Positions 10,029 through 19,673 of a stretch of 64,000 nucleotides of DNA are shown piece by piece. This DNA is from Dehalococcoidia bacterium (GTDB lineage Bacteria; Chloroflexota; Dehalococcoidia; GIF9; AB-539-J10), in assembly GCA_040766535.1 (NCBI GenBank), contig JAXGQG010000008.1:411-64410 (forward strand). Direction: 5' to 3'. Made by a program: the position numbers and the translations under genes. Below the pieces are notes generated by a model. The model was not told the DNA's origin. It saw only the letters and a program-made list of their open reading frames with translations, and made no database searches. Within the stretch, counting starts at the first letter, position 1; each line of letters opens with the position of its first letter.

Positions 10029-11141
10029 CTAGCGGAAACATGCCCAGTAATCCTTGAGATAGCCGCGGAGCTTCTTGACCACCGCCTCGGTGTCGTCGGC
10101 AACAAGGTCCTGAACGAACCGCTGAGGCACCGGCACCGGCTCCTCGACCTCGAGTCCGAAATTCGCCAGACCTGATACGATGGCGAGCCAGGCAGATGGC
10201 AGCACCTCGATGTTGTAGCCGGAGCCGATTATGTCAATTTCACAGCAGCCGCATTCCTGGGTGAGCGCGCGCATCTTCTCGCCAATCATCTTAAAGCCTT
10301 CGATGGGCAGACCGAGGTTGGTCAGTCCATCGGCGAAATGAGGGTCTGAGCCTCCGTTGCGGATGATGACCTGCGGCTTGAACTCACGCGCGACGGGCTC
10401 GATTACCTGCTCGAAGGCGATGCGATAGGAATCCAGGCCCGCGTATACCGGCATCGGCACGTTGATGGTGAATCCGCGCCCTGCGCCGTCACCTATGTCG
10501 TTTGCGAAGCCTATTCCCGGGTATAGCGTTGTGGGATCCTGATGCAGGTCCACGAACAGCACCCTCGGGTCGGTGTAGAAGTACTCACAGGTGCCGTTGC
10601 CCTGGTGCGCATCCGTGTCAAGCACCATTATTCGTTCCAGTCCATACGTCTGGAGCAGGTGCTTGGCGATGTAGGCGTTGTCATTGTAGATGCAGAATCC
10701 CTCGCCGTAGTCGGGTTTTGCGTGGTGAAGATTGCCCCCGATACAGATGACCATCTCCTCACCATCCTCCATGATGAGTTGAGCCGCCTTTTTCACCTGG
10801 CCGATCATCATGCGGGAGGCGACTTCCAGCTTGCCGGGGCGGCCCCTCGGCAGGTTGTCCAGGGAATGGAAGCGGGGGAACTCCATGCTCCGGGAGTAGA
10901 CTTCACCACGGCTGGCTGCACCGAAATACTCGCGGCTGAAATCAATGTAGTCCTGGCTGCAAATCAGCCGCAGATCCTCCTCGGCACAGATATCGGCAAC
11001 GACGAACCGATAGTGGCCGTCCGGGATGACGTGTTGTTTGAGCACTTTCGGAAATATCTCGTAGCGGTCACCACGGAACGGGTGCCCGACGCCGAAATCA
11101 TATTCACGCAGTTCTTCTCTGTACAGGATGCTGACCGTCAT
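10029..11141 (-). CDS. histone-deacetylase-family amidohydrolase (AcuC/acetylpolyamine amidohydrolase-like)
   Basis: 370 aa with HDAC-family motifs: DTDAHQGNGT, GGSDPHFADGL, and a Zn-ligand D..H..D pattern. Confidence 0.8.
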   Translation of the reverse strand: MTVSILYREELREYDFGVGHPFRGDRYEIFPKVLKQHVIPDGHYRFVVADICAEEDLRLICSQDYIDFSREYFGAASRGEVYSRSMEFPRFHSLDNLPRGRPGKLEVASRMMIGQVKKAAQLIMEDGEEMVICIGGNLHHAKPDYGEGFCIYNDNAYIAKHLLQTYGLERIMVLDTDAHQGNGTCEYFYTDPRVLFVDLHQDPTTLYPGIGFANDIGDGAGRGFTINVPMPVYAGLDSYRIAFEQVIEPVAREFKPQVIIRNGGSDPHFADGLTNLGLPIEGFKMIGEKMRALTQECGCCEIDIIGSGYNIEVLPSAWLAIVSGLANFGLEVEEPVPVPQRFVQDLVADDTEAVVKKLRGYLKDYWACFR

Positions 11142-12307
11142 GCTGCCTCCTTTTGGCCACCAGTAAGGAATCGTGCCAGTACAACAACCAGTTGGTCAAG
11201 GTCGCTTTCATAGACGAACTCGTCATCACCGTGGATTCGGTTCTCCGGCCGTATCACTCCCGTGGCAAATGCGTCTCCTCCCCAACGGGTGGCGGCGTAC
11301 GGTAATTCTCCGGACAGCATATCGCCGTAGAGCCCTGACGGTCCAGCAACCGACGAGAGGATATTCGCCAGTTCGCCGGCAAGCGGGTCGGCGCACGGAG
11401 GAACCGGCGGGATGGAGAACTCGCGTGATACGTACCATGTCGGTCCGCGGACGGCGCCGAGCGCCGTCAGTATCTCCTCCCGGGCCGAGACGATGGTCTC
11501 CTCTGGCAACAAGCGCCGGTCGATGGTGAACGTACAGCGGGCCGGAACCACGTTTCGCGCCAGACCACCTTCGATCATATTCAAGTTCAGTCGCGGCTCC
11601 ATGAACGCGAGCCCGGTAGACGGATGGGCCGCGATGCGAGAGCGTCTGATACTGACCGTTGGCTTCAGTTCAAGCAGCGCTTGCATCAGCCGCGCGGAGT
11701 CCTCGATGGCGTTGCGTCCCAGATGCGCGAGGGCTGAGTGCACCGATTCGCCGGTGACGGTGATGTCCATCTGCAGCAAGCCGAGAATCGCCACCGTTAC
11801 GTAGCCGAAGCTGGCATCAAGGCTCAGAACATGGGGCTGAGGGCCGCTATCGAGCATCGGGGTCAGGTACTCCAGCTGGTCGAGTTGATGCGTCTCCTCG
11901 TCCATAGTCAACAGAACGGTGGTATCGAACGACAACTCACGTTCGCGGAGAGTATGCAGTGCGCCGACGAGGGCTGCAATCGACCCCTTCATGTCCGAGG
12001 CTCCTCTACCGTAGACCCGGCCCGCTTCGTGTCTGGGCGAGTAGGCTTCCCATCCGTGTGCGGGGACCACGTCCACGTGGCCGTAGATGAGGAGACGAGG
12101 TCTGCCTCGCATACGCCGATGCGCAAGAAGCGCCGCGCGGCCCTCGAGCCCGGCAGCTGCCGCGGATGGTATCGGGATCAATTCGGTAGTGCAGGCGCAC
12201 TCGGTGAGGCAGTCCTGAAGAAAGGCCAGGGCTTCATGACAGCCACTCCCATCCACACCACTGGTGTCGAACTCGATGAGTCGACAGAGCGTGTCTACAT
12301 GGTTCAT
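11138..12307 (-). CDS. M20-family metallopeptidase (ArgE/DapE/CPG2-like)
   Basis: HVDVVPAHGWEAYSPRHEAGRVYGRGASDMKGSIAAL is typical M20. Start placed at the internal ATG (MNHVDTL); the track ORF would extend across the hflX stop. Confidence 0.75.
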   Translation of the reverse strand: MNHVDTLCRLIEFDTSGVDGSGCHEALAFLQDCLTECACTTELIPIPSAAAAGLEGRAALLAHRRMRGRPRLLIYGHVDVVPAHGWEAYSPRHEAGRVYGRGASDMKGSIAALVGALHTLRERELSFDTTVLLTMDEETHQLDQLEYLTPMLDSGPQPHVLSLDASFGYVTVAILGLLQMDITVTGESVHSALAHLGRNAIEDSARLMQALLELKPTVSIRRSRIAAHPSTGLAFMEPRLNLNMIEGGLARNVVPARCTFTIDRRLLPEETIVSAREEILTALGAVRGPTWYVSREFSIPPVPPCADPLAGELANILSSVAGPSGLYGDMLSGELPYAATRWGGDAFATGVIRPENRIHGDDEFVYESDLDQLVVVLARFLTGGQKEAA

Positions 12308-12347
12308 CTGCAGGCAGGCTATTGTAGCGGATTTGGTTCCGCAACCT

Positions 12348-13556
12348 CTACTCTTGTGGTGTTGCAGGCTCTTCTCGGGGAATCTGTGCGGGGGGCGCGA
12401 CTGCCATTTCCGTGGCGAGGGCCGTCTCGATACGTTCCAGCAGTTCAGGTACGTTCCAGCCTGTGACCGCTGATACCGGCACGAAATCAGTCCGTGCGGC
12501 AGACAGTGTGTCACGGATGCCGGAAGTGTCCCCACTCGAGTCATCCTGCAGCAGATCAATCTTGTTCAGCGCGGTGACGACAGGCTTTGCCGATAGCTTG
12601 ATCTCCGCGAGTATGTGCTCGACCGCCGCGTGCTGTCTCGCCGCATCCTTATGGGTGATGTCAACCACGTGAAGGAGCAAGTCGGCTTCATCCAACTCTT
12701 CCAGCGTGGTGCGGAAGGCCGCGATGATCGAAGGAGGCAGCTTGTGGATGAAGCCAACCGTATCGGTGAAGAGCGCGTACGTTCCATGCGGCAGGCGTAC
12801 TCGCCTCGTGACCGGATCAAGCGTAGAGAAGAGGCGGTCTTCCGCAGCCACCCCGGCCTGGCTCAGCGTGTTGAACAGCGTACTCTTGCCTGCGTTGGTG
12901 TAGCCCACCAGGGCCACCAGCGGGACTCCCTCTTTGCGCCTCCTGCTTCTGTACACCTCCCGGTGTCTGCGCACCGCGTCGAGGTCTCTCTCCAGCCTGC
13001 TGATATGGAGCTTGATGAGTCGACGGTCCGTCTCCAGCTGCGATTCTCCCGGGCCGCGCGTCCCTATCCCGCCTCCCAGGCGCTCCAGGTGCTCCCATCG
13101 GCCGATCAACCTCGGCAGCAGATACCGGTGTTGCGCCAGTTCAACCTGGAGTTTCCCCTCACGCGTGCGCGCACGGTGTGCGAAGATGTCGAGAATGAGC
13201 GCTGTACGGTCGATGACGCGCACGGCGAGTTCATCTTCCAGAGTGCGTTGCTGCCGGGGAGTCAGCTCGTCGTCAGCGATCAGCAGTGTGTAGTGAAGTG
13301 AGGCCTTGAGATCCTGAAGCTCCTGCAGCTTGCCGCGGCCAACGTAGTGGGTACCAGATGGCGTGCCCAGACGCTGAGAGCGAACGCCGACGACATCGGC
13401 GCCGGCACTCTCCGCGAGGCGCGCTAACTCAGCAAGAGAGTCCTCCGCGCTCCATGGCTGCTCCGTCACGGTCGACTGGACCGCGACGAGTAGGGCCCGC
13501 TCACGCTCATCAGCGGTGGAGTGTAGTTGTCCCTTTATCGAGATCCTCCTCGCCAT
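12348..13556 (-). CDS. hflX: GTPase HflX
   Basis: GYTNAGKSTLFN, DTVGF and NKID G-motifs plus the HflX N-domain. Confidence 0.9.
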   Translation of the reverse strand: MARRISIKGQLHSTADERERALLVAVQSTVTEQPWSAEDSLAELARLAESAGADVVGVRSQRLGTPSGTHYVGRGKLQELQDLKASLHYTLLIADDELTPRQQRTLEDELAVRVIDRTALILDIFAHRARTREGKLQVELAQHRYLLPRLIGRWEHLERLGGGIGTRGPGESQLETDRRLIKLHISRLERDLDAVRRHREVYRSRRRKEGVPLVALVGYTNAGKSTLFNTLSQAGVAAEDRLFSTLDPVTRRVRLPHGTYALFTDTVGFIHKLPPSIIAAFRTTLEELDEADLLLHVVDITHKDAARQHAAVEHILAEIKLSAKPVVTALNKIDLLQDDSSGDTSGIRDTLSAARTDFVPVSAVTGWNVPELLERIETALATEMAVAPPAQIPREEPATPQE

Positions 13557-14704
13557 CCGGCGAGGCGCCGTACGCCTTCGTCGAGCCGGTCATCGGGGAG
13601 CGTGATTGAGAAGCGTATGTAGTTCGCTCCGCTGGCGCCGTAGCCGATTCCGGGCGTAACGGCGATGTGAGTCTGTTCGAGCAGCTCGCGAGTCAGGTCA
13701 ACACAGGAGTAGCCCTCGGGGACGCGCGCCCACACGTAGAAAGTACCGTCAGGTACACGGGCATGCAGCCCGATTTCCTGCAGTACTTTCACAAGCTTAT
13801 CTCTACGCCGTTGCAGGATGGCGTTATGTTCCTCAACAACAGCCTGCGAACCCCGGAGCGCCTCGACAGCCATCAGTTGGATGGCCTGGGGAATGCCGGA
13901 GTCCAGATTGGACTTAACCGTGAAGAGAGCGCGAATCATCTCCTTGTTGCCCACCACCATCCCGATGCGCCACCCGGTCATGTGGTACGTCTTGGACAGC
14001 GAGTGGAACTCCACGCCCACCTCTTTGGCTCCTTGAGCCTGCAGGAAACTTGGAGGCCGCTTGCCGTCGAAGTAGACCTCGGTATATGGTGCATCGTGGC
14101 ATACGACGATGCCGTGAGCGCGGGCAAACTCCACGGCTCGCTCGAAGAACTGCAGTGAGGCGCCGGCGCCGGTGGGGTTGTTCGGATAGTTGAGCCACAT
14201 CAGTCTCGTCCTGGAGAGAACTGACTCCGGAATCGAATCGAAGTCAGGCAGGTAGTCGTTCTCCTCCAGCAGCGGCATGTAGTGCGGATGGCCGCCGGCA
14301 ATCATAGTTGCCATGGAGTAGACGGGGTAGCCGGGATCCGGCACCAGCACTGTGGTCCCCGGCTCAACGAAACAGAGCGCAATGTGTCCGATGCCCTCCT
14401 TGGAGCCGATCAGCGGCAGTACCTCGGTCTCCGGTTCGAGGTCCACGCCGAACCGGGACTTGTACCATTCGGCTATCGCCTGGTGGAGTTCGGGCAGTCC
14501 TTCCGTCTCAGGATAGCGATGATTTTCCGGGACACGCGCCTCCTGACACAGGCGTTCGATGATATGCGGTGGTGTCGGCATGTCCGGGTCGCCGATGGCG
14601 AACGTGACGATGTCGATCCCCTTAGCGCGCAGGTCCGCGATGCGTCGATTGATGTCGACGAACAGATATGGGGGCAATCGGTCAAGGCGCTTCGCGAAGT
14701 GCAT
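13535..14704 (-). CDS. dapL: LL-diaminopimelate aminotransferase (DapL-type class I aminotransferase)
   Basis: PLP aminotransferase fold (..SLSKTYHMTGWRIG..) directly upstream of dapF. Start at ATG 14704 after the GAGGAGAG RBS. Confidence 0.75.
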   Translation of the reverse strand: MHFAKRLDRLPPYLFVDINRRIADLRAKGIDIVTFAIGDPDMPTPPHIIERLCQEARVPENHRYPETEGLPELHQAIAEWYKSRFGVDLEPETEVLPLIGSKEGIGHIALCFVEPGTTVLVPDPGYPVYSMATMIAGGHPHYMPLLEENDYLPDFDSIPESVLSRTRLMWLNYPNNPTGAGASLQFFERAVEFARAHGIVVCHDAPYTEVYFDGKRPPSFLQAQGAKEVGVEFHSLSKTYHMTGWRIGMVVGNKEMIRALFTVKSNLDSGIPQAIQLMAVEALRGSQAVVEEHNAILQRRRDKLVKVLQEIGLHARVPDGTFYVWARVPEGYSCVDLTRELLEQTHIAVTPGIGYGASGANYIRFSITLPDDRLDEGVRRLAGWRGGSR

Positions 14705-14723
14705 CGTTCTCTCTCCTCTCAAC

Positions 14724-15566
14724 TCAATCCGGCCAGTCGCCGGTGAACACATGTTGCACGGGACCTCTCAGCACTACCTCCCCTCCCCTACCGTCCCAGG
14801 TTATGGTCAGTATGCCGCCGGGCAGGTGAACACGTACAGGAGCATCACAATAGCCGCGAAGTTGCGCCGCAACGGCGATGGCACACGCGCCGGAGCCGCA
14901 GGCCAGCGTCTCGCCGGCGCCGCGTTCCCACACCCTGGCGTCGATGTCGTGGCGACCTGTGATGTTCGCAATCTCGAAGTTGATCCGGGCCGGAAACGTG
15001 GTATGATGCTCGGCGGCCGGCCCGAACCGTTCAAGAGGAAACGTCTGCACGCTCTCCTCCAGAAATGCCACCGCGTGCGGGTTGCCCATGGAAACCAGGC
15101 TCACCGGAATAGTCCGGTCCAGTACCTTCAACGGCAGCGACAGTACGGGCACCTCAACGCCTTCCACTCTCGCCGGAATCTCATCAGGTCTGAATCTGGG
15201 AGCTCCCATGCCTACCTCTGCGTCGGTCACCGGTGTGCCATCTCCGGGGAACGCGGTGACCTTACGGACACCGCTCTTGGTTTCCACCTGGAAGGTAGCC
15301 TCAGCTACGAGGCGGCTATCCACGGCGTACTTGACGAAACAGCGCAGTCCGTTTCCGCACGCCTCCGCTTCCGAGCCGTCAGGATTGAACATACGCATGC
15401 GCAGATGTGCACGTTCGGAGTGCGTCACAAGGATTATCCCATCGGAGCCCACGCCCAAATGGCGGTCACACATTCCGCGGGCGAGGTCGTGCCAGTCTCT
15501 CTCGAGTTGACGGCCGTCGACCACGATGAAGTCGTTTCCTGCTCCGTGACACTTCGTGAATATCAT
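14724..15566 (-). CDS. dapF: diaminopimelate epimerase
   Basis: MIFTKCHGAGNDFIVVD.. with catalytic Cys regions. Confidence 0.9.
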   Translation of the reverse strand: MIFTKCHGAGNDFIVVDGRQLERDWHDLARGMCDRHLGVGSDGIILVTHSERAHLRMRMFNPDGSEAEACGNGLRCFVKYAVDSRLVAEATFQVETKSGVRKVTAFPGDGTPVTDAEVGMGAPRFRPDEIPARVEGVEVPVLSLPLKVLDRTIPVSLVSMGNPHAVAFLEESVQTFPLERFGPAAEHHTTFPARINFEIANITGRHDIDARVWERGAGETLACGSGACAIAVAAQLRGYCDAPVRVHLPGGILTITWDGRGGEVVLRGPVQHVFTGDWPD

Positions 15567-16711
15567 CCCAGTGCACCTGCAAGCATTCGGCCTGCCTCCG
15601 CAGTAGCGGAGGCAGGGTCAGAGGCATCGAGCCACATGATGCGCGCATCTCCGGTGCGGAACCATGTGAACTGACGCCGTATCAATCTGTGCGTCTCTCG
15701 CCTGATCCGCGCTCTCGCTGTGTCGAGATCGATGCTCCCCTTAACGTACTCGACCATCTCCCTGTAGCCTATGCTCGACATCGCCGGAAGCGCGACACTG
15801 TAACCTCTGTCGAGGAGCGACTTCACCTCGAAGGGAAAACCCTGTTGCACCATTGTATCAATACGAGCATCCGCTCTTCCACGGAGGATGTCTCGGTCCA
15901 TCGACAGTCCCAATATCAGCGAATGGCTCGCGACCTCCGTGCGGCGTCTCAGCAGGCGTGAGGGCTTGTCACCGGTCGCGCGATGCAGTTCGAGAGCACG
16001 GATGACCCGCCGCACATTGCTTTCAGCGATCATTGCCGCCGCCTCGGGGTCGATGCTCTCGAGCCTTTCGTGTAGAGTCGCGAAGCCGTGCTGGCCGGCC
16101 CACTGGTTCATTTCCCGGCGGAAAGCCTCGTCCGGGGGCACTTCTGGAACCTGCCAGCCTTCAACCATCGCCCAGATATACTGCCCGGTGCCTCCCACCA
16201 GCAGAGGAATGCGGCCACGTGCGCGAATATCGGACAGAGCCTGTCTCGCCTGTCTTTGATACACGGCGAGGGAGTAGTTCTCATCAGGATCGGCAACATC
16301 GTACATGTGGTGCGGCACGCATGAACGCTGGGCTGGAGTTGGCTTGCTCGTGCCGATGTCCATGTAGCGGTAGATCTGTCGGCTATCGGCATTCACGATT
16401 TCGAAAGGCAACTGTCGAGCGAGATGCAGGGCGAGTTCGGTCTTGCCGACGGCAGTGGGTCCTACCAGCGCGATGAACTCTGGGCCATGAGAAGCAGCTT
16501 CCGTTGCCACCTTGCACTCTGTTACACGAGACCCACGGTGGCTAGCGCCGCGTCGCGGCAGTTGCGAAGACGATGTCGCAGAATTCCTGCGCGCGCAGGC
16601 TTGCCCCGCCGACGAGTGCTCCGTCAATCTCGGGTTGCCGGATGTAGCTCGCGATATTGGCCGAATTGACGCTTCCACCGTACAGAATCCGTATGCCGTT
16701 GGCGACCTCAA
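15563..16711 (-). CDS. miaA: tRNA dimethylallyltransferase
   Basis: P-loop GPTAVGKTELAL..ADSRQIYR. The track ORF begins at a far-upstream TTG that overlaps tpiA. The real start is probably GTG near 16509 (KVATEAASHGPEF). Confidence 0.85.
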   Translation of the reverse strand: MRSPTAYGFCTVEASIRPISRATSGNPRLTEHSSAGQACARRNSATSSSQLPRRGASHRGSRVTECKVATEAASHGPEFIALVGPTAVGKTELALHLARQLPFEIVNADSRQIYRYMDIGTSKPTPAQRSCVPHHMYDVADPDENYSLAVYQRQARQALSDIRARGRIPLLVGGTGQYIWAMVEGWQVPEVPPDEAFRREMNQWAGQHGFATLHERLESIDPEAAAMIAESNVRRVIRALELHRATGDKPSRLLRRRTEVASHSLILGLSMDRDILRGRADARIDTMVQQGFPFEVKSLLDRGYSVALPAMSSIGYREMVEYVKGSIDLDTARARIRRETHRLIRRQFTWFRTGDARIMWLDASDPASATAEAGRMLAGALG

Positions 16712-17300
16712 GTCCCCACATCTCCGAGAGCAGTGTCCTGATCTCGCTGACCGTCAAGTTGACCGCTTCGGGCTCGGCGGACTTGCCCGTGCCGATAGCC
16801 CACACCGGTTCGTACGCTATCACGATTTCGGGAAGTGGATCCGAGTCACGCAGCACGGCCGCGAGTTGCCGCTGCAGCACCTCTGCCGTGAGGGCGGATT
16901 CGAACTCATCCAGAGTCTCGCCGATACACAGAATCGGCGCCAGTGAGTGTCGCGCCGCCGCATGCACCTTTCGGGCCACGCTCTCATCCGTGTCACCAAA
17001 GATGTGGCGCCGCTCCGAGTGGCCGACTATGACGTATTTGCATACTCCCTGCAGCATGCGAGGCGAAATGGCGCCTGTGAACGCGCCAGCATCTTCGTAG
17101 AACACATCCTGTGCACCCAGCTGAATGGCCGTCTCGGCAAGCACTGACTTCACGGCCTGAAGGTCTATGAAGGGAGGACAGAGTGCTACCTCGACTCCCA
17201 CCACCGCCCCCAGGGATTCACGCACCGCAGTGGCCAGTGCGGTAGCTTCCTCAAGGTTGCAGTTCATCTTCCAGTTCGCCGCAATCAGCAGTTGTCTCAT
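16542..17300 (-). CDS. tpiA: triose-phosphate isomerase
   Basis: MRQLLIAANWKMN..IVGHSERR..GGSV are typical TIM motifs. Confidence 0.92.
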   Translation of the reverse strand: MRQLLIAANWKMNCNLEEATALATAVRESLGAVVGVEVALCPPFIDLQAVKSVLAETAIQLGAQDVFYEDAGAFTGAISPRMLQGVCKYVIVGHSERRHIFGDTDESVARKVHAAARHSLAPILCIGETLDEFESALTAEVLQRQLAAVLRDSDPLPEIVIAYEPVWAIGTGKSAEPEAVNLTVSEIRTLLSEMWGLEVANGIRILYGGSVNSANIASYIRQPEIDGALVGGASLRAQEFCDIVFATAATRR

Positions 17301-17338
17301 GAGTGCCTCACCGCGTACAGCGATCGCACACTACGCTG

Positions 17339-18523
17339 TCACAGGTCGTTCAGCGCTTCCACCCCGGGGAGAGTGCCCATCTCCAGCAGTTCCAGTGTAG
17401 CCCCTCCTCCCGTCGAAACATGCGTGACCAGGTCCGCAACACCCATGTCCTGAACGGCATCCACGCTGGAGCCGCCCCCAATCACGCTCGTGACGTCGAG
17501 GCATGCGAGGTAGTTGATCAGGCTTCGAGTTCCCACGGAGAATTGCAGTATCTCGTAGACGCCCATCGGACCGTTCCAGAGTACCGTCTTGCATGATTCG
17601 AGCTTGCCGAAGAAGTACTCGATGGTCTTGGGGCCGATGTCCGCAATACTGAAATCAGACGGGACGCTGGTGACCTGGACGATTCTCGGCTGAACGCCCG
17701 CCTTGATCTCAGGTGCGACGACCACGTCGATGGGCAGCAGGACAGGGACTCCGCGGCGTTTCGACTCCTCCATGATGCCGCGTGCCTCGTCCACCATGTC
17801 TGCTTCGAAGAGAGATTGCCCGATTTCGAGGCCGCGAGCCTTGAGGAACGTTCCGGCAAGTCCTCCACCCACCAGCACCATATCGACACGCTGCAGCATG
17901 TTCCGAATCATCCCGATCTTGTCGCTCACCTTGGCGCCGCCGAAGACACAGGCAAAGGGGCGTCCGGGTGCCGCCAGTAGTCCTCCGAGTGCGGAAAGCT
18001 CTTTCTGCATCAACAGGCCGGCAACCGACGGTAGATGATGCGTGATGCCCTCCGTGGACGCGTGCGCCCGGTGAGCGGTACCAAAGGCATCGTTTACGTA
18101 GATGTCCGCCAGGGAGGCAAGCTCCCGCGCAAAGCCGGGGTCGTTCTTCTCCTCACCCGCGTGAAAGCGCAGGTTTTCCAGCAGAGCCACATCCCCGTCC
18201 GCAAGATCGGCCACTGCCGCCATGGCATCCGGGCCGACGCAATCTGGTACGTAGCGAACCTCTCTGCCCAACAACTCCTGGAGGCGAGCCGCGACGGGCT
18301 TCAACCGCATGTCTTCAACCACCTTGCCTTTCGGCCTGCCAAGGTGCGACGCAAGGATCACGCGGGCGCGCCGTTCCATGAGGTTCTGTATGGTGGGAAG
18401 CGAGGCTCTTATGCGCGTGTCGTCGGAGATTTGCCCCGATTCATCGAAGGGTACGTTGAAATCGACACGAACGAAGACACGCTTTCCAGCGACTTCAATG
18501 TCGTTGATTCCTTTCTTTGGCAT
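17339..18523 (-). CDS. pgk: phosphoglycerate kinase
   Basis: MPKKGI..KRVFVRVDFNVP..ILASHLGRPKG are typical. Confidence 0.92.
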   Translation of the reverse strand: MPKKGINDIEVAGKRVFVRVDFNVPFDESGQISDDTRIRASLPTIQNLMERRARVILASHLGRPKGKVVEDMRLKPVAARLQELLGREVRYVPDCVGPDAMAAVADLADGDVALLENLRFHAGEEKNDPGFARELASLADIYVNDAFGTAHRAHASTEGITHHLPSVAGLLMQKELSALGGLLAAPGRPFACVFGGAKVSDKIGMIRNMLQRVDMVLVGGGLAGTFLKARGLEIGQSLFEADMVDEARGIMEESKRRGVPVLLPIDVVVAPEIKAGVQPRIVQVTSVPSDFSIADIGPKTIEYFFGKLESCKTVLWNGPMGVYEILQFSVGTRSLINYLACLDVTSVIGGGSSVDAVQDMGVADLVTHVSTGGGATLELLEMGTLPGVEALNDL

Positions 18524-18726
18524 GGGCGTCAGACCTCCCGGGGAGTCAGTTGAACATCGTATTTGCCGACTTCAGTGCATGGCGCAATATCCGGCTTCCT
18601 CCATCAGCGTGTACCTGACCGGGTTCGTCCGGAGGGCCGTGACCGAAAGCGGGTGCCATGGCATGAAGTCAGGATGGCACATCGTAGTCATGAACCTGAC
18701 TGGCTGTCAACAAGGTGCGGTGTCGT

Positions 18727-18755
18727 TTGCGCCTTGCGCACTACTCGAATATAAT
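18727..18755 (+). promoter_or_regulatory. sigma-A-type promoter: -35 TTGCGC (18727-18732), 17-bp spacer, -10 TATAAT (18750-18755)
   Basis: A consensus -10 hexamer read directly, with a reasonable -35 at 17-bp spacing, immediately 5' of the CIRCE element. Confidence 0.6.
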
Positions 18756-18781
18756 TAGCACTTTGTAAGCACGAGTGCTAA
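18755..18781 (+). promoter_or_regulatory. CIRCE element (HrcA operator) TTAGCACTT-N9-GAGTGCTAA
   Basis: Matches the published CIRCE consensus TTAGCACTC-N9-GAGTGCTAA at 17 of 18 positions. It overlaps the -10 by one base and sits 16 nt upstream of the ATG of the downstream gene. Confidence 0.8.
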
Positions 18782-18797
18782 TGACCGGAGGTAGGTG

Positions 18798-19136
18798 ATG
18801 AACTGTTCCGTTTGTGGAGGTCCTCTGCTGTTCGACCGCGTGGTCTTTCGGTGTGAGTGCGGAGCCTATGTACACGCGTACTGCGTTGACAAGCACATCG
18901 TCGATTCTCACCGGCCAGATATGGAAGAAGGCTATGCTGATTTGAATGGCGAGTTCCATCTCAAGCATCAGCCGGTGAGCGCAGCCCCTGCGTCGGTATC
19001 GCCTATCGCCGAACCCTCCTTGGGCAAGGTTGATGAGGATGATGAATTGGACGACGACCTGGTCGGCGCTGAGGAACTTGTGGTAGAGGCAGTCGAGCCG
19101 GAAGGTGGTGACGAAGAGGCGGAGGAGGACAGTTAG
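18798..19136 (+). CDS. hypothetical protein: N-terminal Cys4 zinc ribbon (CSVCGG..CECG) plus a long Asp/Glu-rich tail
   Basis: ATG 7 nt after GGAGG. The 112-aa product has C4, C7, C20 and C22 plus H27/C30 and an acidic C-terminal 40 residues. Confidence 0.6.
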   Translation: MNCSVCGGPLLFDRVVFRCECGAYVHAYCVDKHIVDSHRPDMEEGYADLNGEFHLKHQPVSAAPASVSPIAEPSLGKVDEDDELDDDLVGAEELVVEAVEPEGGDEEAEEDS

Positions 19137-19180
19137 ACTGCCCCGTCTGACGCTGGACGTTGCATGCAGGAGGGTTGCCG

Positions 19181-19390
19181 GTGCCTACTTACTCTTACAC
19201 ATGTGATCACTGCAAGCATGAGTTCGATGTGAGGCAGAGCTTCAAGGACAAACCAGTGGCTCAATGCCCTCAGTGCGGCGAGGAGGCGCGACGCGCCTTC
19301 TGTCCGGTACCTATTGTGTTCAAGGGGCCAGGGTTCTACACCACTGACTCACGGGGAGCCTCCACCGCCGCGGGCAAGGATAGCGACTAG
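19181..19390 (+). CDS. FmdB-family zinc-ribbon putative regulatory protein
   Basis: MPTYSYTCDHCKHEFDV..CPQCG is the FmdB/CxxC-x17-CxxC signature. GTG start 7 nt after AGGAGG. Confidence 0.7.
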   Translation: MPTYSYTCDHCKHEFDVRQSFKDKPVAQCPQCGEEARRAFCPVPIVFKGPGFYTTDSRGASTAAGKDSD

Positions 19391-19439
19391 CAGCGGACAT
19401 CGTGGCCGCGCCAAGTGCACCGTGTTAGACTGTGTACAC

Positions 19440-19516
19440 GTCCCTGTAGCTCAGCAGGATAGAGCGGCTGCCTTCTAAGCAGCGGGTCGTGGGTTCGAAT
19501 CCCACCAGGGATGCCA
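19440..19516 (+). tRNA. tRNA-Arg (anticodon TCT), CCA encoded
   Basis: Cloverleaf: acceptor GTCCCTG/CAGGGAT, anticodon stem GCTGC/GCAGC with loop CTTCTAA, T-loop TTCGAAT, 3' GCCA. Confidence 0.85.
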
Positions 19517-19673
19517 CACGGAGTGAGGAAGGGTCTGAAGCGGGATGTGATGCTGTCCGGCCGTGAGCACGGCGGGTTCACGTACGAGTCCGTGTTGCAT
19601 GTCCCGTTCGTACTATGGTACAGTACACCAGTTTGACCCCACTTCCGAATCATCTCACAGGACAGAAGAAGTA

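Noticed and set aside
14559-15674. 371-aa plus-strand ORF antisense to dapF/miaA
   Set aside because: Overlaps conserved genes on the other strand, Arg/Ala-rich, no homology signal.
16498-16564. Off-by-one inconsistency between my hand-translated codons and the track coordinates around the miaA start and tpiA stop
   Set aside because: Probably my own indexing slip while reading the 16501 line by eye. Not treated as a sequence feature. Track coordinates were used.
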